Below, in pieces: positions 1-10,515 of a stretch of 64,000 bases of DNA. Under the pieces are notes generated by a model. The model saw only the letters and a list, made by a program, of their open reading frames with translations. It did no database searches and was not told where the DNA came from. The stretch lies in assembly GCA_964016885.1 (NCBI GenBank), contig OZ024744.1:6696001-6760000 (forward strand), read 5' to 3'. Made by a program: the position numbers and the translations under genes. This DNA is from Eledone cirrhosa (Eukaryota). Within the stretch, counting starts at the first letter, position 1. Every line of letters begins with the position of its first letter.

Positions 1-2189
1 ATTCTACTGCAGTATTGCACTGATGTAGGTGTGGTGCAGTAACGGTTATTTCTACTGCAGTATTGCACTGATGTAGGTGTGGTGCAGTAACGGTTATGTC
101 TACTGCAGTATTGCACTGATGTAGGTGTGGTGCAGTAACGGTTATGTCTACTGCTGTATTGCACTGATGTAGGTGTGTTGAAGTAGCGGTTATTTCTACA
201 GCAGTATTGCACCGATGTAAATGTGGTGCACTAACGGTTATGTATACTGCAGTGTTGCACTGAGGTAGTTGTGATGCAGTAACGGTTATGTCTACTGCAA
301 TATTGCACGAGGTAGGTGTGGTGCAGTAACGATTATGTCTACTGCAGTATTGCACTGATGTAGGTGTGGTGCATTAACGGTTATTCTACTGCAGTATTGC
401 ACTGATGTAGGTGTGGTGCAGTAACGGTTATTTCTACTGCAGTATTGCACTGATGTAGGTGTGGTGCAGTAACGGTTATGTCTACTGCAGTATTGCACTG
501 ATGTAGGTGTGGTGCAGTAACGGTTATGTCTACTGCAGTATTACACTGATGTAGGTGTGGTGCAGTAACGATTATGTCGACTGCAGTATTGCACTGAGGT
601 AGGTGTGGTGCAGTAACAGTTATTTCTACTGCAGTATTCCACTGAGGTAGGTGTGGTACAGTAACGGTTATGTCTACTGAAGTATTGCACTGATGTAGGT
701 GTGGTGCAGTAACGGTTATGTCTACTGCAGTATTGCACTGATGTAGGTGTGGTGCAGTAACGGTTATGTCTACTGCAGTATTGCACTGATGTAGGTGTGG
801 TGCAATAACGGTTATGTCTACTGCATTATTGTACTGATGTAGGTGTGGTGCAGTAACGGTTATGTCTAGTGCAGTATTGCACTGAGGTAGGTGTGGTGCA
901 GTAACGGATATTTCTACTGCAGTATTGCACTGATGTAGGTGTGGTGCAGTAACGGTTATGTCTACTGTAGTATTGCACTGAGGTAGGTGTGGTGCAGTAA
1001 CGGTTATATCTACTGCATTATTGCACTGATGTAGGTGTGGTGCAGTAACGGTTATGTCTACTGCAGTATTGCACTGATGTAGGTGTGGTGCAGTAACGGT
1101 TATGTCTACTGCATTATTGCACTGATGTAGGTATGGTGCAGTAACGGTTATGTCTACTGCAGTATTACACTGATGTAGGTGTGGTGCAGTAACGGTTATG
1201 TCTACTGCAGTATTGCACTGATGTAGGTGTAGTGCAGTAACGGCTATGTCTACTGCAGTATTGCACTGATGTAGGTGTGGTGCTGTAACGGTTATGTCTA
1301 TTGCAGTATTACACTGAGGTAGGTGTGGTGCAGTAACGGTTATGTCTACTGCAGTATTGCACTGATGTAGGTGTGGTGCAGTAACGGTTATGTCTACTGC
1401 ATTATTGCACTGATGTAGGTGTGGTGCAGTAACGGTTATGTCTACTGCAGTATTACACTGATGTAGGTGTGGTGCAGTAACGGTTATGTCTATTGCAGTA
1501 TTGCACTGATGTAGGTGTAGTGCAGTAACGGTTATGTCTACTGCAGTATTGCACTGATGTAGGTGTGGTGATGTAACGGTTATGTCTATTGCAGTATTGC
1601 ACTGAGGTAGGTGTGGTGCAGTAACGGTTATGTCTACTGCAGTATTGCACTGATGTAGGTATGGTGCAGTAACGGTTATGTCTACTGTAGTATTGCACTG
1701 ATGTAGGTGTGATGCAGTAACGGATATGTCTACTGCAGTATTGCACTGACATAGGTGTGGTGCAGTAACGGTTATGTCTACTGCAGTATTTCACTGATGT
1801 AGGTGTGGTGCAGTAACGGTTAAGTCTACTGCAGTATTGCACTGAAGTAAGTGTGGTGCAGTAACGGTTATGTCTACTGCAGTATTGCACTGATGTAGGT
1901 GTGGTGCAGTAACAGTTATGTCTACTGCAGTATTGCACTGATGTAGGTGTGGTGCTGTAAAGGTTATGTCTATTGCAGTATTGCACTGATGTAGGTGTGG
2001 TGCAGTAACGGTTATGTCTACTGCATTATTGCACTGATGTAGATGTGGTGCAGTAACGGTTATGTCTACTGCAGTATTGCACTGAGATAGGTTCTGTACA
2101 GTAACGGTTATTTCTACTGCAGTATTGCACTGATGTAGATGTGGTGCATTAACGGTTATGTCTACTGCAGTATTGCACTGATGTAGGTG

Positions 2190-4480
2190 TGGTGCAGTAA
2201 CAGTTATGTCTACTGAAGTATTGCACTGATGTAGATGTGGTGCACTAACGGTTATATATACTGCAGTATTGCACTGAGGTAGTTGTGGTGCAGTGACGGT
2301 TATGTCTATTGCAGTATTGCACTGAGGTAGGTGTGGTGCAGTAACGGTTATTTCTGCTGCAGTATTGCACTGATGTAGTTGTGGTGCAGTAACGGTTATG
2401 TCTACAGCAGTATTGTACTGATGTAGGTGTGGTGCAGTAACGGTTATGTCTACTGCAGTATTGCACTTAGGTAGGTGTGGTGCAGTAACAGTTATGTCTA
2501 CTGCAGTATTGCACTTAGGTAGGTGTGGTGCAGTAACGGTTATGTCTACTGCAGTATTGCACTGATGTAGGTGTGGTGCAGTAACGGATATTTCTACTGC
2601 AGTATTGCACTTAGGTAGGTGTGCTGCAGTAACGGTTATGTCTACTGCAGTATTGCACTGATGTAGGTGTGGTGCAGTAACGGTTATGTCTACTGCATTA
2701 TTGCACTGAGTTAGGTGTGGTGCAGTAACGATTATGTCGACTGCAGTATTACACTGATGTAGGTGTGGTGCAGTAACGGTTATGTCTACTGCAGTATTGC
2801 ACTGATGTAGGTGTAGTGCAGTAACGGTTATGTCTACTGCAGTATTGCACTGATGTAGGTGTGGTGCTGTAACGGTTATGTCTATTGCAGTATTGCACTG
2901 AGGTAGGTGTGGTGCAGTAACGGTTATGTCTACTGCAGTATTGCACTGATGTAGGTATGGTGCAGTAACGGTTATGTCTACTGCAGTATTGCACTTATGT
3001 AGGTGTGGTGCAGTAACGGTTATGTCTACTGCTGTATTGCACTGATGTAGGTGTGGTGCAGTAACGGTTATGTCTACCGCATTATTGCACTGATGTAGGT
3101 GTGTTGCAGTAACGGTTATGTCTAGTGCAGTATTGCACTGAGGTAGGTGTTGTGCAGTAACGGTTATTTCTACTGCAGTATTGCACTGATGTAGGTGTGG
3201 TGCAGTAACGGTTATGTCTACTGTAGTATTGCACTGAGGTAGGTGTGGTGCAGTAACGGTTATGTCTACTGCATTATTGCACTGATGTAGGTGTGGTGCA
3301 GTAACGGTTATGTCTACCGCATTATTGCACTGATGTAGGTGTGTTGCAGTAACGGTTATGTCTAGTGCAGTATTGCACTGAGTTAGGTGTGGTGCAGTAA
3401 CGATTATGTCGACTGCAGTATTACACTGATGTAGGTGTGGTGCAGTAACGGTTATGTCTACTGCAGTATTGCACTGATGTAGGTGTAGTGCAGTAACGGT
3501 TATGTCTACTGCAATATTGCACTGATGTAGGTGTGGTGCAGTACGGTTAAATCTACTGCAGTATTGCACTGATGTAGGTGTGGTGCAGTAGCGGTTATTT
3601 CTACTGCAGTATTGCACTGATGTAGATGTGGTGCACTAAGGGTTATATATACTGCAGTATTGCACTGAGGTAGTTGTGGTGCAGTAACGATTATGTCTAC
3701 TGCAATATTGCACTAGGTAGGTGTGGTGCAGTAACGATTATGTCTACTTCAGTATTGCAATGATGTAGGTGTGGTGCAGTAACAGTTATGTCTACTGAAG
3801 TATTGCACTGATGTAGATGTGGTGCACTAACGGTTATATATACTGCAGTATTGCACTGAGGTAGTTGTGGTGCAGTGACGGTTATGTCTATTGCAGTATT
3901 GCACTGAGGTAGGTGTGGTGCAGTAACGGTTATTTCTGCTGCAGTATTGCACTGATGTAGTTGTGGTGCAGTAACGATTATGTCCACTGCAGTATTGTAC
4001 TGATGTAGGTGTGGTGCAGTAACGGTTATGTCTACTGCAGTATTGCACTTAGGTAGGTGTGGTGCAGTAACGGTTATGTCTACTGCAGTATTGCACTGAT
4101 GTAGGTGTGGTGCAGTAACGGATATTTCTACTGCAGTATTGCACTTAGGTAGGTGTGCTGCAGTAACGGTTATGTCTACTGCAGTATTGCACTGATGTAG
4201 GTGTGGTGCAGTAACGGTTATGTCTACTGCATTATTGCACTGAGTTAGGTGTGGTGCAGTAACGATTATGTCGACTGCAGTATTACACTGATGTAGGTGT
4301 GGTGCAGTAACGGTTATGTCTACTGCAGTATTGCACTGATGTAGGTGTAGTGCAGTAACGGTTATGTCTACTGCAGTATTGCACTGATGTAGGTGTGGTG
4401 CTGTAACGGTTATGTCTATTGCAGTATTGCACTGAGGTAGGTGTGGTGCAGTAACGGTTATGTCTACTGCAGTATTGCAC
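2190..4480. repeat. Duplicated ~0.75-kb variant block (about 2190-2950 and 3770-4480)
   Basis: Both copies share the same ordered markers (ctgaagta, gtagatg..gcactaa..tatata, gcagtgac, ttctgctg, gtgctgca, gagttagg..gtcgac). ORF twins 2245/3827 (+1582) and 2749/4283 (+1534) differ by one 48-mer. Confidence 0.8.
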
Positions 4481-7400
4481 TGAGGTAGGTGTGGTGCAGT
4501 AACGGTTATGTCTATTGCAGTATTGCACTGATGTAGGTGTGGTGCAGTAACGGTTATTCTACTGCAGTATTGCACTGATGTAGGTGTGGTGCAGTAACGG
4601 TTATTTCTACTGCAGTATTGCACTGATGTAGGTGTGGTGCAGTAACGGTTATGTCTACTGCAGTATTGCACTGATGTAGGTGTGGTGCAGTAACGGTTAT
4701 GTCTACTGCATTATTGCACTGATGTAGGTATGGTGCAGTAACGGTTATGTCTACTGCAGTATTACACTGATGTAGGTGTGGTGCAGTAACGGTTATGTCT
4801 ACTGCATTATTTACTGATGTAGGTGTGGTGCAGTAACGGTTATGTCTAGTGCAGTATTGCACTGAGGTAGGTGTGGTGCAGTAACGGTTATTTCTACTGC
4901 AGTATTGCACTGATGTAGGTGTGGTGCAGTAACGGTTATGTCTACTGTAGTATTGCACTGAGGTAGGTGTGGTGCAGTAACGGTTATGTCTACTGCAGTA
5001 TTGCACTGATGTAGGTGTGGTGCAGTAACGGTTATGTCTACTGCAGTATTCCATTGATGTAGGTGTGATGCAGTAACGGTTATGTCTACTGCAGTATTGC
5101 ACTGATGTAGGTGTGGTGAAGTAGCGGTTATTTCTACAGCACTATTGCACTGATGTAGATGTGGTGCACTAACGGTTATGTCTACTGCAGTGTTGCACTG
5201 TGGTAGTTGTGGTGCAGTAACGGTTATGTCTACTGCAATATTGCACTAGGTAGGTGTGGTGCAGTAACGATTATGTCTACTGCAGTATAGCACTGATGTA
5301 GGTGTGGTGCAGTAACGGTTATTCTACTGCAGTATTGCACTGATGTAGGTGTGGTGCAGTAACGGTTATTTCTACTGCAGTATTGCACTGATGTAGGTGT
5401 GGTGCAGTAACGGTTATGTCTACTGCAGTATTGCACTGATGTAGGTGTGGTGCAGTAACGGTTATGTCTACTGCATTATTGCACTGATGTAGGTATGGTG
5501 CAGTAACGGTTATGTCTACTGCAGTATTACACTGATGTAGGTGTGGTGCAGTAACGGTTATGTCTACTGCAGTATTGCACTGATGTAGGTGTAGTGCAGT
5601 AACGGCTATGTCTACTGCAGTATTGCACTGATGTAGGTGTGGTGCTGTAACGGTTATGTCTATTGCAGTATTACACTGAGGTAGGTGTGGTGCAGTATCG
5701 GTTATGTCTACTGCAGTATTGCACTGATGTAGGTGTGGTGCAGTAACGGTTATGTCTACTGCAGTATTACACTGATGTAGGTGTGGTGCAGTAACGGTTA
5801 TGTCTACTGCAGTATTGCACTGATGTAGGTGTAGTGCAGTAACGGTTATGTCTACTGCAGTATTGCACTGATGTAGGTGTGGTGCTGTAACGTTTATGTC
5901 TATTGCAGTATTGCACTGAGTTAGGTGTGGTGCAGTAACGGTTATGTCTACTGCAGTATTGCACTGATGTAGCTATGGTGCAGTAACGGTTATGTCAACT
6001 GCATTATTGCACTGATGTAGGTGTGGTGCAGTAACGGTTATGTCTAGTGCAGTATTGCACTGAGGTAGGTGTGGTGCAGTAACGGTTATTTCTACTGCAG
6101 TATTGCACTGATGTAGGTGTGGTGCAGTAACGGTTATGTCTACTGTAGTATTGCACTGAGGTAGGTGTAGTGCTGTAACGGTTATGTCTACTGCAGTATT
6201 GCACTGATGTAGGTGTGGTGCAGTAACGGTTATGTCTACTGCAGTATTGCACTGATGTAGGTGTGGTGCAGTACGGTTAAATCTACTGCAGTATTGCACT
6301 GATGTAGGTGTGGTGCAGTAGCGGTTATTTCTACTGCAGTATTGCACTGATGTAGATGTGGTGCACTAACGGTTATATATACTGCAGTATTGCACTGAGG
6401 TAGTTGTGGTGCAGTAACGGTTATGTCTACTGCAATGTTGCACTAGTTAGGTGTGGTGCAGTAACGATTATGTCTACTGCAGTATTGCACTGATGTAGGT
6501 GTGGTGCAGTAACAGTTATGTCTACTGCAGTATTGCACTGATGTAGGTGTGGTGCATTAACGGTTATGTCTACTGCAGTATTGCACTGATTTACGTGTGG
6601 TGCAGTGAAGGTTATGTCTATTGCAGTATTGCACTGAGGTAGGTGTGGAGCAGTAACGGTTATTTCTGCGGCAGTATTGCACTGATGTAGTTGTGGTGCA
6701 GTAACGGTTATGTCTACTGCAGTATTGCACTGAGGTAAATGTGGTGCAGTAACGGATATGTCTACTGCATTATTGCACTGATGTAGGTGTGGTGCAGTAA
6801 CGGTTATGTCTACTGCAGTATTGCACTTAGGTAGGTGTGGTGCAGTAACAGTTATGTCTACTGCAGTATTGCACTTAGGTAGGTGTGGTGCAGTAAGGTT
6901 ATGTCTAATGCAGTATTGCACTGATGTAGGTGTGGTGCAGTAACGGATATTTCTACTGCAGTTTTGCACTTAGGTAGGTGTGGTGCAGTAACGGTTATGT
7001 CTACTGCAGTATTGCACTGATGTAGGTGTGGTGCAGTAACGGTTATTCTACTGCAGTATTGCACTGATGTAGGTGTGGTGCAGTAACGGTTATTTCTACT
7101 GCAGTATTGCACTGATGTATGTGTGGTGCAGTAACGGTTATGTCTACTGCAGTATTGCACTGATGCAGGTGTGGTGCAGTAACGGTTATGTCTACTGCAT
7201 TATTGCACTGATGTAGGTGTGGTGCAGTAACGGTTATGTCTACTGCAGTATTACACTGATGTAGGTGTGGTGCAGTAACGGTTATGTCTACTGCAGTATT
7301 GCACTGATGTAGATGTAGTGCAGTAACGGTTATGTCTACTGCAGTATTGCACTGATGTAGGTGTGGTGCTGTAACGGTTATGTCTATTGCAGTATTGCAC

Positions 7401-8454
7401 TGAGGTAGGTGTGGTGCAGTAACGGTTATGTCTACTGCAGTATTGCACTGATGTAGGTATGGTGCAGTAACGGTTATGTCTACTGCAGTATTGCACTGAT
7501 GTAGGTGTTGTGCAGTAACGGTTATGTCTACTGCTGTATTGCACTGATGTAGGTGTGGTGCAGTAACGGTTATGTCTACCGCATTATTGCACTGATGTAG
7601 GTGTGGTGCAGTAACGGTTATGTCTAGTGCAGTATTGCACTGAGGTAGGTGTGGTGCAGTAACGGTTATTTCTACTGCAGTATTGCACTGATGTAGGTGT
7701 GGTGCAGTAACGGTTATGTCTACTGTAGTATTGCACTGAGGTAGGTGTGGTGCAGTAACGGTTATGTCTACTGCAGTATTGCACTGATGTAGGTGTGGTG
7801 CAGTAACGGTTATGTCTACTGCAGTATTGCACTGATGTAGGGGTGGTGCAGTACGGTTAAATCTACTGCAGTATTGCACTGATGTAGGTGTGGTGCAGTA
7901 GCGGATATTTCTACTGCAGTATTGCACTGATGTAGGTGTGGTGCAGTAACGGTTATGTCTACTGCAGTATTGCACTGATGTAGGTGTGGTGCAGTAACGG
8001 TTATATCTACTGCATTATTGCACTGACGTAGGTATGGTGCAGTAACGGTTATGTCTACTGCAGTATTACACTGATGTAGGTGTGGTGCAGTAACAGTTAT
8101 GTCTACTGCAGTATTGCACTGATGTATGTGTAGTGCAGTAACGGCTATGTCTACTGCAGTATTGCACTGATGTAGGTGTGGTGCTGTAACGGTTATGTCT
8201 ATTGCAGTATTACACTGAGGTAGGTGTGGTGCAGTATCGGTTATGTCTACTGCAGTATTGCACTGATGTAGGTGTGGTGCAGTAACGGTTATGTCTACTG
8301 CATTATTGCACTGATGTAGGTGTGGTGCAGTAGCGGTTATTTCTACTGCAGTATTGCACTGATGTAGGTGTGGTGCAGTAACGGTTATGTCTACTGCAGT
8401 ATTGCACTGATGTAGGTGTGGTGCAGTAACGGTTATGTCTACTGCATTATTGCA

Positions 8455-10515
8455 CTGATGTAGGTATGGTGCAGTAACGGTTATGTCTACTGCAGTATTA
8501 CACTGATGTAGGTGTGGTGCAGTAACGGTTATGTCTACTGCAGTATTGCACTGATGTAGGTGTAGTGCAGTAACGGTTATGTCTACTGCAGTATTGCACT
8601 GATGTAGGTGTGGTGCTGTAACGGTTATGTCTATTGCAGTATTGCACTGAGGTAGGTGTGGTGCAGTAACGCTTATGTCTACTGCAGTATTGCACTGATG
8701 TAGCTATGGTGCAGTAACGGTTATGTCAACTGCATTGTTGCACTGATGTAGGTGTGGTGCAGTAACGGTTATGTCTAGTGCAGTATTGCACTGAGGTAGG
8801 TGTGGTGCAGTAACGGTTATTTCTACTGCAGTATTGCACTGATGTAGATGTGGTGCTGTAACGGTTATATATACTGCAGTATTGCACTGAGGTAGTTGTG
8901 GTGCAGTAACGGTTATGTCTACTGCAATGTTGCACTAGTTAGGTGTGGTGCAGTAACGATTATGTCTACTGCAGTATGGCACTGATGTAGGTGTGGTGCA
9001 GTAACAGTTATGTCTACTGCAGTATTGCACTGATGTAGGTGTGGTGCATTAACGGTTATGTCTACTGCAGTATTGCACTGATGTACGTGTGGTGCAGTGA
9101 AGGTTATGTCTATTGCAGTATTGCACTGAGGTAGGTGTGGTGCAGTAACGGTTATTTCTACGGCAGTATTGCACTGATGTAGTTGTGGTGCAGTAACGGT
9201 TATGTCTACTGCAGTATTGCACTGATGTAGGTGTAGTGCAGTAACGGCTATGTCTACTGCAGTATTGCACTGATGTAGGTGTGGTGCTGTAACGGTTATG
9301 TCTATTGCAGTATTACACTGATGTAGGTGTGGTGCAGTAACGGTTATGTCTACTGCAGTATTGCACTGATGTAGGTGTAGTGCAGTAACGGCTATGTCTA
9401 CTGCAGTATTGCACTGATGTAGGTGTGGTGCTGTAACGGTTATGTCTATTGCAGTATTACACTGATGTAGGTGTGGTGCAGTAACGGTTATGTCTACTGC
9501 AGTATTGCACTGATGTAGGTATGGTGCAGTAACGGTTATGTCTACTGCAGTATTACACTGATGTAGGTGTGGTGCAGTAACGGTTATGTCTACTGCAGTA
9601 TTGCACTGATGTAGGTGTAGTGCAGAAACGGTTATGTCTACTGCAGTATTGCACTGATGTAGGTGTGGTGCTGTAACGGTTATGTCTATTGCAGTATTGC
9701 ACTGAGGTAGGTGTGGTGCAGTAACGGTTATGTCTACTGCAGTATTGCACTGATGTAGCTATGGTGCAGTAACGGTTATGTCAACTGCATTGTTGCACTG
9801 ATGTAGGTGTGGTGCAGTAACGGTTATGTCTAGTGCAGTATTGCACTGAGGTAGGTGTGGTGCAGTAACGGTTATTTCTACTGCAGTATTGCACTGATGT
9901 AGATGTGGTGCTGTAACGGTTATATATACTGCAGTATTGCACTGAGGTAGTTGTGGTGCAGTAACGGTTATGTCTACTGCAATGTTGCACTAGTTAGGTG
10001 TGGTGCAGTAACGATTATGTCTACTGCAGTATTGCACTGATGTAGGTGTGGTGCAGTAACAGTTATGTCTACTGCAGTATTGCACTGATGTAGGTGTGGT
10101 GCATTAACGGTTATGTCTACTGCAGTATTGCACTGATGTACGTGTGGTGCAGTGAAGGTTATGTCTATTGCAGTATTGCACTGAGGTAGGTGTGGTGCAG
10201 TAACGGTTATTTCTACGGCAGTATTGCACTGATGTAGTTGTGGTGCAGTAACGGTTATGTCTACTGCAGTATTGCACTGATGTAGGTGTAGTGCAGTAAC
10301 GGCTATGTCTACTGCAGTATTGCACTGATGTAGGTGTGGTGCTGTAACGGTTATGTCTATTGCAGTATTACACTGATGTAGGTGTGGTGCAGTAACGGTT
10401 ATGTCTACTGCAGTATTGCACTGATGTAGGTGTAGTGCAGTAACGGCTATGTCTACTGCAGTATTGCACTGATGTAGGTGTGGTGCTGTAACGGTTATGT
10501 CTATTGCAGTATTAC
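8455..10515. repeat. Tandem 22-monomer higher-order unit (1,055 bp, about two copies); the pairing recurs near 12.5-14.1, 18.6-20.2, 23.3-25.3, 31.6-33.6 and 35.6-37.2 kb
   Basis: ORF pairs 8498/9553, 8726/9781 and 9049/10104 are all offset by 1055 (22x48-1). Similar pairs: 12802/13859, 18893/19949, 23591/24646, 31834/32889 and 35910/36966 (offsets 1055-1057). Confidence 0.88.

Noticed and set aside
498-504. Hammerhead ribozyme core (CTGANGT resembles CUGANGA), as in newt and schistosome satellites, or a C/D-box motif
   Set aside because: The conserved A is T in the monomers I read, there is no GAAA element, and no three-stem junction can be built.
494-516. Metal-response element (TGCRCNC)
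   Set aside because: TGCACTG (+) and TGCACCA (-) both fail the last conserved position.
511-535. Resemblance to long yeast telomeric repeats (GGTG..ACGG..ATGTCTA)
   Set aside because: The similarity is gapped and short. The unit and array are much longer than telomerase products, and the heritable variant blocks indicate recombinational maintenance.
506-560. G-quadruplex potential
   Set aside because: There are only three GG dinucleotides per monomer, with a loop of about 30 nt to the fourth, and no GGG tracts in the consensus.
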